DNA of 26,067 nucleotides from a bacterium (GCA_963635575.1 CAVHFU010000017.1:1-26067), one strand, 5' to 3'. Shown: positions 9,688 to 17,938, numbered from the stretch's first letter. A program made the numbers and translations. The notes: generated by a model not told the origin, from the letters alone.

Positions 9688-9926
9688 AAAAAACAGTCCA
9701 TCCTGTAAAAGGACGAACTGCTCGTGGTACCACCTTAATTCACAATAATTTCTCATTGTCTTAAATACTTAACGCGTATGCACGTCATTTCCTACTAAAC
9801 TTTCAAAAATGCAACTCCCAAGCTACCTTCAATTGATATTGCTAAGAAAAGCTTTCAGCCGGTGACTTTTCATTTCTACTAACCTATTTCAATTTACTCC
9901 TCTTGTTCAAAGTCTTTATTATCAAT
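9688..9926 (-). promoter_or_regulatory. T-box riboswitch leader of valS (includes the intrinsic terminator at 9688..9720)
   Basis: The minus strand contains the T-box sequence AATTAAGGTGGTACCACG (9723..9740). The terminator is CAGUUCGUCC-UUUUACA-GGAUGGACUG, 10 bp including G-U pairs, followed by UUUUUU. An AGUAG element and GAAGGUAGC (a possible GUA Val specifier) lie upstream. Confidence 0.85.
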
Positions 9927-9932
9927 ATGGAT

Positions 9933-9962
9933 ATTCTACCAAAGTAAAGCATATTTTGTCAA
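9933..9962 (-). promoter_or_regulatory. Sigma-A-type promoter for the valS leader
   Basis: The minus strand has TTGACA (9957..9962), an 18-nt spacer ending in TGG, and TAGAAT (9933..9938). Confidence 0.6.
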
Positions 9963-10175
9963 TATGTATCTTTGCATTATTATTCGCTAATGTCACTATT
10001 CAGATTTAATTTAAACGAACTTAGTGCTACTGACCTTTACAGCAATAATTGTATCTTGAAAAATATATGCATAAAATTTCTTGTTTCAGCATATACTGCC
10101 GTTTTTAGAGAGCAATTAAGTCTGAATAGTAATCACTCAATTTATATTGACCAAAAGTGACAGGTCTAAAAAGAA

Positions 10176-10214
10176 AAGACGTATAACTAGCTTTTTCAGC
10201 TAATTATACGTCTT
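10176..10214 (-). terminator. Rho-independent terminator closing the three-gene cassette (structurally bidirectional)
   Basis: AAGACGTATAA(C)TAGCT-TTTTC-AGCTA(A)TTATACGTCTT forms a 17-bp stem with one mismatch. The minus strand continues TTCTTTTT. Confidence 0.8.
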
Positions 10215-10252
10215 AATTTTGTTGACCAAAAAGAACCGTCCCTAATGGTCAG

Positions 10253-10582
10253 TTACATGTTCTCGAGTTTTTGCTTAATTTCTTCAAGCTCTTTATTCTG
10301 GTTCTCTATGTCGTCTTTGCTTTCGTCTCCGAGAACTATGCTATTTAACTCTAATCTAAATAATAGATTTTTCAGTTCACCCATCTTTTTTTGATTTCTA
10401 CTATCCTTGGCATTAAATTCACTCATTAATAATATTTCGGAGAAATCACATGTCTCTCCTGATAATTTTTCATAAACTCTTTTCCATTTTTCAGTCACAT
10501 CTTCTAACAATCTTTTATTCGATTCCACTAATTCTTTCAAGGATATTACCTCCTCTCCTTTATTTCTGCCATTCATTTGCAT
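10253..10582 (-). CDS. Hypothetical small charged, probably coiled-coil protein (109 aa as drawn; more likely about 95 aa from the TTG at 10540)
   Basis: The ORF lies between a consensus promoter and a strong terminator. The ATG at 10582 has no SD. The TTG at 10540 is preceded by AAAGGAGAGGAGG with 8-nt spacing. The sequence is rich in E/K/L. Confidence 0.6.
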   Translation of the reverse strand: MQMNGRNKGEEVISLKELVESNKRLLEDVTEKWKRVYEKLSGETCDFSEILLMSEFNAKDSRNQKKMGELKNLLFRLELNSIVLGDESKDDIENQNKELEEIKQKLENM

Positions 10583-10612
10583 AGCATTTTACTTTTTTAT
10601 CACCGAAGAAAC

Positions 10613-10641
10613 ATTATATCACTTTGCTGAAATTATGTCAA
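10613..10641 (-). promoter_or_regulatory. Perfect consensus extended promoter TTGACA-N17-(TGA)TATAAT for the last cassette gene
   Basis: The minus strand has TTGACA (10636..10641, which contains the TGA stop of the 81-aa gene), a 17-nt spacer ending in TGA, and TATAAT (10613..10618). Confidence 0.7.
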
Positions 10642-10883
10642 CCCTTAACGTATTTATTAACTATGTAGGTTATAATTTCTGGTGTATATCTTTCCATTTG
10701 TTGTTCTTTTAATGGTTTCTCTACTTGAAGTTTTAAATAATCCACATTTTCATCATATTGGCGAATAAAAAAAACTTTGACCTTTTCAGGTATCTTAATT
10801 TTTATATCTTCTTCACACAGCTCAATCATGTCTCTGACTTGATTAATTGATTTTTGAATATCTAATTTAATATTTTCCTCCAC
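10638..10883 (-). CDS. Hypothetical 81-aa protein, translationally coupled to the 453-aa gene
   Basis: The GTG start is preceded by AAGGGAGA (8-nt spacing) and overlaps the upstream gene by 17 nt. I cannot name a family. Confidence 0.6.
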   Translation of the reverse strand: MEENIKLDIQKSINQVRDMIELCEEDIKIKIPEKVKVFFIRQYDENVDYLKLQVEKPLKEQQMERYTPEIITYIVNKYVKG

Positions 10884-12228
10884 CTATAAATTCTCCCTTC
10901 TCCATTTTTCTTCTCAATTCCAAAATTCCTCTTGAAGATAAGTTGTTCGTAGCTAGATCCATAGCTTTCATCAGTGGGTTACCTTCTATTCGCCTAGTCT
11001 TTCCTTTTTCACATACATATTCAAGTAAATAATTAACTGCTTCTAAAATTTGGGTTTCAGTACAATTAGCTTCTTTAACAAGTCCCATTATATCGCCTAA
11101 CGTAATTTCTGACTTTGTTTTTTCATTTGGATCTTCCTCAGCGTTTAAAATTCTAATAATTTCACCTATATCGCCAATTCCAGATGATTCTAAGTATGAC
11201 ATCATTTCATATTTTTCTCCTCTTTCATCTAATCTTTCTGTTTTTTCATGAATTTTGCTTGTAATCTCTACTTTAACCTTAATTTCATCCAAAACTTTAT
11301 CGAAATCTTCAGATTCAAAATCAACTGTATCCATTATCTTACTTATTAAATAAAATGTCTTTGCATCTTCTTCTTCATTATCACTCTTAAATTTATCATG
11401 AAGCTTATTGAACTTACTCTCAACTGCTTTAGAAGTATCTTCTTTATAGTTCTCCTTTATTTTAGCCCTTATTATTGATTCGATAACGCCTACTCCTGAA
11501 AATCCGCCTTTATCATATATCTTTTCTTCCGCCTTTAACACTTCACCATTTAATATTTTATCCAACTCTAATTTAGGAAAATTTTCATGAATAATACCCT
11601 TTATTAATTCTTTTTTTTCACCCCTTTGAGTAAGTATTTCATTTAGTTCAATCATCCCTTTTTCATTATACCTATGCTTATAGTTCATTAACTCTTCCAA
11701 CACTATATCTCTAGGATTATAGTCAGTAATCTTGTCTCCGGTATATTCTTTATAATTTGGATCTAAAAGATCTGTCAAATGCTTATATGTAGGTCCTTTT
11801 GTGGCAACATGCCATGAGATTACTGCCTTTTTACCATATCTAGAAATACTAATTGTATAATTAGGCATTTTTTTTTCAAAATCATACCCGCTTCCGCTTT
11901 CGTCTATCTCTTGGAGATTATCTGCTTTTGAAAGGAAAGTAATTCCCTTCAGTTTTATGCTATAAAAGTGTTTTTTTAATTTTTCATCTTCAGTTGACTT
12001 TGCTAATGTGTTAGCTAATTCTATAATTCTTGATGTTTTTACTATCAACTCCAAACTATCATATTTATCGATTGAAATAATTTCGTCCTCTAAATATCGA
12101 GGCAGTTCTACGCGTTTATTTTTCATAATCTTTTTTAATTCATTGATGCATTTATCTTGACTATCAATTGAATTTTCAAATGTATCAAGTATGGATTTAA
12201 CTCTAGAATTTGTTATCATACCAATCAC
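10867..12228 (-). CDS. Hypothetical soluble, highly charged protein of about 450 aa (start may be the ATG at 12219 rather than the GTG at 12228)
   Basis: A long uninterrupted ORF with host-like codon usage, no TM segments and no catalytic motif I recognise. It lies directly downstream of the secF terminator. Confidence 0.8.
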   Translation of the reverse strand: MIGMITNSRVKSILDTFENSIDSQDKCINELKKIMKNKRVELPRYLEDEIISIDKYDSLELIVKTSRIIELANTLAKSTEDEKLKKHFYSIKLKGITFLSKADNLQEIDESGSGYDFEKKMPNYTISISRYGKKAVISWHVATKGPTYKHLTDLLDPNYKEYTGDKITDYNPRDIVLEELMNYKHRYNEKGMIELNEILTQRGEKKELIKGIIHENFPKLELDKILNGEVLKAEEKIYDKGGFSGVGVIESIIRAKIKENYKEDTSKAVESKFNKLHDKFKSDNEEEDAKTFYLISKIMDTVDFESEDFDKVLDEIKVKVEITSKIHEKTERLDERGEKYEMMSYLESSGIGDIGEIIRILNAEEDPNEKTKSEITLGDIMGLVKEANCTETQILEAVNYLLEYVCEKGKTRRIEGNPLMKAMDLATNNLSSRGILELRRKMEKGEFIGGGKY

Positions 12229-12269
12229 CGTCTTATATATCGTCCAAAATCGTAATATACTTAAGACAC

Positions 12270-12297
12270 AAAAAGAGGAATGCGCTTTGCACTCCCC
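12270..12297 (-). terminator. Rho-independent terminator after secF
   Basis: The minus strand reads GGGGAGUGC-AAAGC-GCAUUCCUC (9 bp including 2 G-U pairs), followed by UUUUUGUGU. Confidence 0.75.
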
Positions 12298-12313
12298 CTT
12301 AGTTACATATCAC

Positions 12314-13237
12314 TTATGCCTTTTTAGTTTTACGCATCATCCATACTGACCATAAGTTTGCTGATAAACATATTGAAGAATATGTTCCGGCAATCATTCC
12401 GACAAGCAGTGGTAATGAAAATTCTTGGATTGAAGCTACATTAAAGTATATACTAAATCCAAATAATAAAGCTAATGCTACAATAACAGATACACTTGTG
12501 AATACTGTCCTTCTTAAAGATTGGTTAATACTTAAATTAATAAGTTCATCAATCGGCATCTTTCTGTGGAGATTCTGGTTTTCTCTAATTCTGTCATAAA
12601 TAACAACCGTATCGTTAACTGAATATCCTAAAATTGTAAGCACTACAGCTACGAATGTTGTATTAAGCGGTAATCCAAATACAGAATACGCCATAATTGT
12701 TATTATTATATCGTGTGTTAAAGCCATAAATGCACTTATCGCTGCTGACATACCACCAATTTTCTTAAATCCAAGTGCAATATAGATAATAATTGCAATA
12801 GATGCCCATACTGTCGCTTTAATAGCACGATTCTTCATTTCATCACCAAAAGTAGGTTTTACTGTCCTAAATGTAGCCTTACTATCTATGTCTTCAATAC
12901 CGTATCTTTCAGCAATTTTATTTACGACTTGATTTTTTTGTTCTTCCTCTAATGCACTTGTGCTGATAGTAATTCCTGATTTAACAACATTTCCGTTTTC
13001 GTCTCTTTGTTCAGACTTTTGAACTCTAGGTTGTTCGTTTGGTACAACTTCTTTTATAAGAGCCTCTATCTCGGAATTATTCGCTTCTGAGGCTAACTCA
13101 ATTTCAATAATCGTGCCACCCTTAAATTCAATATCCTGTTCAAATCCCTTAGTAAAGAAGGATACAAATGCTATTATAATAAACACTAAAGCTATTCCAA
13201 AGAAAATCTTTCTTTTACCTACGAAATCAAACTTCAT
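12314..13237 (-). CDS. secF: Protein translocase subunit SecF
   Basis: It has the SecF-type MKFDFVGKRK start, a six-TM layout and the conserved block VNDTVVIYDRIREN. I moved the start to the ATG at 13237, which has AGGAGGGA 6 nt upstream. It overlaps the secD end by 11 nt. Confidence 0.93.
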   Translation of the reverse strand: MKFDFVGKRKIFFGIALVFIIIAFVSFFTKGFEQDIEFKGGTIIEIELASEANNSEIEALIKEVVPNEQPRVQKSEQRDENGNVVKSGITISTSALEEEQKNQVVNKIAERYGIEDIDSKATFRTVKPTFGDEMKNRAIKATVWASIAIIIYIALGFKKIGGMSAAISAFMALTHDIIITIMAYSVFGLPLNTTFVAVVLTILGYSVNDTVVIYDRIRENQNLHRKMPIDELINLSINQSLRRTVFTSVSVIVALALLFGFSIYFNVASIQEFSLPLLVGMIAGTYSSICLSANLWSVWMMRKTKKA

Positions 13238-14555
13238 TTGTTTTCCCTCCTTTTCTTGCTCCATATAACACTAAATTTTTTGTAAACACATTTGCAGTAT
13301 TCTTCATCACAAACCTTAAGACTATCATAGACATAAATAAGCTTAGCAATGTTCCTATAAATAATGCAATGGCAAATCCTTCAACAGGACCGTTGCCGAA
13401 ATACCACAAAACTAAACTTGAAATAATCGTAGTTAAGTTAGAATCACGAATAGCCGAAAATGCACGTCCAAAAGATAAATCTACAGCTGTTTTTAGCGTT
13501 TTTCCCACTGCTAACTCTTCTCTTAATCTCTCATAAATAATTACACTGGAATCAACATCCATTGCAATAGATAAAATCATACCCGCAATACCCGGCAAAG
13601 TTAATGTAACTTCTCCCCATTGATGAATTAAAACATATATTATTGCAAACAAAGTCAAGTTAATTACTGATGCTAATCCTGGTAATCGATACACTCCAAT
13701 TAAGAATACCACAACAAAAATAAATGCCACTAATCCGGCTTTTAACGTAATATCAAAAGCTTGTTGACCAATAGTAGGTCCTATGTATTGTTGACTCTCT
13801 ACCTGAAGTGAAAACGGTAAAGCACCTGACGAAATCAAATCAGCTTGTTCTTGTGCTTCCTCTTTTGTAAAGTTACCTTTAATAATTGGTGTTGGTGTAT
13901 CTATTTTTGCTTGAACTGTCGGATAAGATATTACATCCTCATCAAGTAAAATAAATATAGGTTGTCCAATTAATCTTTCAGTAGCTTCAGCAAACTTTGC
14001 TTGAGCACTTGATGAAATTTGAAGTTGTATATAATATCCGTTTCCTTGCGTAGGATCATCAGATATAGCTCCATATAATGATTTTGCACCTTCTACATCA
14101 GCGCCTTCCATAACTACTTTAGAGGTATCCGGCATTAATGACGTATTCCCTTCTTCATCGGTTATTGTCATAGGTTCAACAAATTGAAGTTTAGCTGTTT
14201 TTCCTAAGAAATCACTAGCTTCCGCAGGGTCTTCAAATCCCGGAATTTCAACAATAATCATAGGATTTGCAAGATTGGTTTCATCAATTGTAACTGTTGC
14301 TTCATTTAATCCTTTTACATCTAATCTTTTTCTAAATACAGCTTGTGCCGTAGCTAATCCTTCACTTGTAATATTTTCACCGATCGGCTTATATACAAGT
14401 CTTACTCCACCAGCAATATCTAATCCCATTCTCATAGCGGATACTCCCGGAATAATTTGCTTCCCGGAAATATTAACTCCAAAATACGTGCCAAATCCTA
14501 AGGCAACCGTAATTACGAGAACAAGCAAAAGATATACAATACTTTTTGCTTTCAT
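13227..14555 (-). CDS. secD: Protein translocase subunit SecD
   Basis: An N-terminal TM segment, a periplasmic-type domain with MGLDIAGGVRLVY, a C-terminal six-TM bundle and the block DSSVIIYERLREE. RBS AAGGGAGGAA is present. Confidence 0.93.
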   Translation of the reverse strand: MKAKSIVYLLLVLVITVALGFGTYFGVNISGKQIIPGVSAMRMGLDIAGGVRLVYKPIGENITSEGLATAQAVFRKRLDVKGLNEATVTIDETNLANPMIIVEIPGFEDPAEASDFLGKTAKLQFVEPMTITDEEGNTSLMPDTSKVVMEGADVEGAKSLYGAISDDPTQGNGYYIQLQISSSAQAKFAEATERLIGQPIFILLDEDVISYPTVQAKIDTPTPIIKGNFTKEEAQEQADLISSGALPFSLQVESQQYIGPTIGQQAFDITLKAGLVAFIFVVVFLIGVYRLPGLASVINLTLFAIIYVLIHQWGEVTLTLPGIAGMILSIAMDVDSSVIIYERLREELAVGKTLKTAVDLSFGRAFSAIRDSNLTTIISSLVLWYFGNGPVEGFAIALFIGTLLSLFMSMIVLRFVMKNTANVFTKNLVLYGARKGGKTNEV

Positions 14556-14580
14556 TTCTTATTTCCTCCCTTATTGTGTT

Positions 14581-15888
14581 TTATCTACCAAAATCATCAA
14601 ATCTAAGTTCACGAGCCTTTTCATCGACACGCTTATTCTCTCTTTCTGTTTTAATTTCTTTTTTATTGTACATTAGCTGATTTATATCAATCATACATTG
14701 TTGCAAATCGAAATCATCTACAGCATCCAACATCTCAATCCGCTTATCGATTTGAGAATTAGCCTCATTTATTCTTTCAATGGAACTTTCAGGTTCCTTT
14801 TGCTCTTCAATTATAACTTTGTAAAAATCATTTCTTAGTGAGCAATAATTTAAAAACTCAGAAAGATTTGCTATCTTTGAAGCACTCATATTTGCAATCG
14901 AATATAGTTTCATGTCACTACCAATGCCATCCCATGTTTTATGTCCTGCATAATCCTCTAACGCATTCTTTAAGGACTTAGGGGTACTCGAATCATTTAA
15001 TTTTTCATTTGTAAAACTAACTCTTGAATTACGAAATTTCATATACGTTCTAAGATATGGTACGGCATCCTGGCCGAAATTTCTTTCTAATATATCCTTA
15101 AACTGGCTGTTTACACTGCATTTCTCCTCTAATTCTTCTGTTGTATTATACTCAATTCGTTCAATTTCCTCTTCATTTAACTCACGCTTGTACTCTAAAG
15201 CATCTTTACTATTTGACAACGAGGCTTGACCTATAACAGAATCCAACAAGTTAACAACGTTATTTTTTACATTGTCTTCAGTGCAGTAATCTAGCATCAT
15301 CGAAAAATTAGAAATATTGTTATTTAAGATTTCTTCTTTCTCACTATTTCTATCATACTTAGCGTATGGTAAATAACCACTTAACGCATCCATTATCTCT
15401 TCATTATTTATAGTGCTTCTATCCACTTCGCCGGTTAGTAAGTAAGCCCAAACAGTTGGATTAAATTTTTCCTCCTCCAAGAAAGTTTGCATATTAGGTT
15501 CATTTTTGATAGCAGTTTTTAATGTGTCTTCCGTATATTCATTATAAGCTGTTTCCGGGATATTATAATGTAAATATTGGGAATTATCATAATTCGCTTC
15601 AATAACCTCCACAATGCTGTTATACTCTTCACCATTTAAAAAATTATTAAACTTCTTTGTTTCATATATGTTCTTACCTGCAACCGCAGCCCCGGTGAGC
15701 GTAGAAATTGTTAACGCACCAACCGCAATTCTTCCCAAAGCATTTAGCTTACCACTTTTATCCTTAAATATTCTATTTGCAAAACTACGTTTTTGAGGCT
15801 TAGAAAAAGTCCTACGTCTATCTGAAGTGGCTCCACTACGCTGTGTAGCTTGGTTTGTCATTCTTTCTTTTAACATACGTTTATTCAT
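14581..15888 (-). CDS. Hypothetical membrane-anchored protein: basic N-terminal tail, one TM segment, and an acidic extracytoplasmic domain of about 360 aa
   Basis: RBS AGGAGTGA lies 12 nt after the gpmI stop. The TM segment is ALGRIAVGALTISTLTGAAVAG, preceded by an R/K-rich 50 aa. I recognise no family. Confidence 0.8.
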   Translation of the reverse strand: MNKRMLKERMTNQATQRSGATSDRRRTFSKPQKRSFANRIFKDKSGKLNALGRIAVGALTISTLTGAAVAGKNIYETKKFNNFLNGEEYNSIVEVIEANYDNSQYLHYNIPETAYNEYTEDTLKTAIKNEPNMQTFLEEEKFNPTVWAYLLTGEVDRSTINNEEIMDALSGYLPYAKYDRNSEKEEILNNNISNFSMMLDYCTEDNVKNNVVNLLDSVIGQASLSNSKDALEYKRELNEEEIERIEYNTTEELEEKCSVNSQFKDILERNFGQDAVPYLRTYMKFRNSRVSFTNEKLNDSSTPKSLKNALEDYAGHKTWDGIGSDMKLYSIANMSASKIANLSEFLNYCSLRNDFYKVIIEEQKEPESSIERINEANSQIDKRIEMLDAVDDFDLQQCMIDINQLMYNKKEIKTERENKRVDEKARELRFDDFGR

Positions 15889-15900
15889 AAAAAATCACTC

Positions 15901-17436
15901 CTAATCTTCAATAAGGCTTTTCCCTGTCATTTCAGGTGGAATCTCTTCTCCAAGTAATTGAAGCATAGTTGGTGCTAAATCACACAACGCTCCTTCTCTT
16001 ACCTTCTTTGCATCGGTACCGATCAAAATAAACGGTGTGTCGTTTGTGGTATGCGAAGTAACAGGTTCATTTTTCTCATAATCAAACATAGCATCAGCAT
16101 TTCCATGATCAGAAGTTATTAAAACATATCCATCTTGTTTTAGTACTGCATCTACAACTTTTCCAACGCACTCATCAGTAACTTCTACTGCCTTTTTAGC
16201 TGCTTCAAAATTGCCTGTATGTCCAACCATATCCGGATTAGCAAAGTTTAATATAACAACATCATAAATCTTCTTGTCAATCGCTTCTACTGCCTTAGCT
16301 GTAACCTCGTATGCACTCATTTCAGGTTGCATATCGTAAGTTGCTACCTTTGGAGAAGGAACTAGAATTCTATCTTCGCCCTCTGAAATATGCTCTACCC
16401 CACCATTAAAGAAGAAGGTAACATGTGCATATTTCTCAGTTTCAGCAATACGAAGTTGTCTGTAACCTTTTTGGCTTAAATATTCTCCTAACTTGTTAAC
16501 TAAAACTTCCGGCTTAAACGCAACATGAACATTTTTTAAATTCTCATCATATTGAGTCATGCATACATAATATAATGGAAAATATCCTTTTTTACGTTTA
16601 AAATCATCAAAATCTTCATTCATAAGAGCCCAAGTAATTTCTCTTGCTCTATCTGTTCTAAAATTGTAGAAAATAATAGAATCATTAGCATCAATGGTAG
16701 CAACAGGCTTGCCGTTTTCAGTAATAACAACCGGTTTCATAAACTCGTCTGTCTCATTCTTTGCGTATGATGCTTCAATAGCTTCAATAGGATTTTCAAA
16801 AGTCTCGCCCTCGCCCATAACCATTGCGTTATAGCCAAGTTCAAGTCTCTCCCATCTCTTATCTCTATCCATTATGTAGTATCTTCCCATAACAGTAGCG
16901 ATTTTTCCTACTCCGATTTCCTTTAAAGTCTTTTGAAGTTCTTCCACAAATCCTTTTCCACTTGTTGGCGGAACATCTCTTCCATCTAAGAAGCAATGTA
17001 CATAAACATCCTTTAGGCCATTTTCCTTAGCCAATTTAAGCAATGCAGTCAAATGACTTGTGTGACTATGAACGCCACCAGTAGAAAGTAAACCATATAA
17101 ATGTAATTTAGAGTTATTCTTTTTGCAATTTTCAATAGCTCCCAAGAATTCTTCTTTCTTAAAGAAATCTCCATCCTCAATAGACTTTGTAATACGAGCA
17201 AGTTCTTGATATACAACTCTTCCTGCTCCCATATTCATATGTCCAACCTCAGATGTTCCCATTTGACCATCAGGTAGTCCAACAGCTCGTCCGCTTGTTT
17301 TTAATCTTGAATTAGGATACTTCTTCATATAATAATCCAAATTAATTTTATTTGCCGCTGCAATAGCATTTCCTTTAGTTTCAGGATTTATTCCAAAGCC
17401 GTCCATAATTACAAGTGTAACTAATTTATTTTTCAT
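15901..17436 (-). CDS. gpmI: 2,3-bisphosphoglycerate-independent phosphoglycerate mutase
   Basis: 511 aa with LVIMDGFG, the catalytic Ser context GTSEVGHMNMGAGR, and TSDHGNAD. Confidence 0.96.
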   Translation of the reverse strand: MKNKLVTLVIMDGFGINPETKGNAIAAANKINLDYYMKKYPNSRLKTSGRAVGLPDGQMGTSEVGHMNMGAGRVVYQELARITKSIEDGDFFKKEEFLGAIENCKKNNSKLHLYGLLSTGGVHSHTSHLTALLKLAKENGLKDVYVHCFLDGRDVPPTSGKGFVEELQKTLKEIGVGKIATVMGRYYIMDRDKRWERLELGYNAMVMGEGETFENPIEAIEASYAKNETDEFMKPVVITENGKPVATIDANDSIIFYNFRTDRAREITWALMNEDFDDFKRKKGYFPLYYVCMTQYDENLKNVHVAFKPEVLVNKLGEYLSQKGYRQLRIAETEKYAHVTFFFNGGVEHISEGEDRILVPSPKVATYDMQPEMSAYEVTAKAVEAIDKKIYDVVILNFANPDMVGHTGNFEAAKKAVEVTDECVGKVVDAVLKQDGYVLITSDHGNADAMFDYEKNEPVTSHTTNDTPFILIGTDAKKVREGALCDLAPTMLQLLGEEIPPEMTGKSLIED

Positions 17437-17923
17437 CTTCTTTTTCTCTCTCCTTAAAAATTCTTTCTAATCTGTCCGTAATGCCATACATATAAGACGA
17501 TTCATTAGAATACGTATTACCATCAACATCTTGAAGTAACTTACAAATCTCCCTTGTACTATCAATAAACTGTTTGAAATAATTGGTATTGCCAGTATAC
17601 TTATCCACATTGTATCCTAATTCTATATACAACGGAATTTTTGTCGTAACACTCTCAATTTCACTATTCGAATCAGTAACATAGCTATGTGGCAAAGATT
17701 CTAGTTTCCCTATAAACTTTTTTTCTTCACTAGTAATACCATCTTGGGCAAGTGCAATTCCTATAAACAAATCATGCATATCTTCTTCTGCATCACATAG
17801 GATTTCTTCCAATTCGCCTTTGAAAATAGGATATTTATCACTTAAAATATAAGCTTCCTCTATTTTTTTATGTAGTTTGGTATATAGTTCATAGGCTTGT
17901 TCTGTGCATAATTCTTTATCCAA
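17426..17923 (-). CDS. Hypothetical 165-aa acidic cytoplasmic protein embedded between tpiA and gpmI
   Basis: The TTG start has AAGGAAGTG 7 nt upstream. The 3' end overlaps the gpmI start by 11 nt. The segment FIGIALAQDGITSEEKKFI weakly recalls TerB-like ADG-x-E repeats. Confidence 0.7.
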   Translation of the reverse strand: MDKELCTEQAYELYTKLHKKIEEAYILSDKYPIFKGELEEILCDAEEDMHDLFIGIALAQDGITSEEKKFIGKLESLPHSYVTDSNSEIESVTTKIPLYIELGYNVDKYTGNTNYFKQFIDSTREICKLLQDVDGNTYSNESSYMYGITDRLERIFKEREKEDEK

Positions 17924-17938
17924 AGCTTATTCACTTCC

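Noticed and set aside
9972-10160. 62-aa plus-strand ORF in the spacer between the cassette and valS
   Set aside because: It has a TTG start with no SD, an odd low-complexity sequence, and it spans the inverted-repeat region. I treat it as non-coding. The repeats are reported separately.
13238-13264. 9-codon N-terminal extension (MEQEKEGKQ) of secF
   Set aside because: The SD AGGAGGGA lies within the extension, 6 nt before the ATG at 13237. MKFDFVGKRK is a typical SecF N-terminus.
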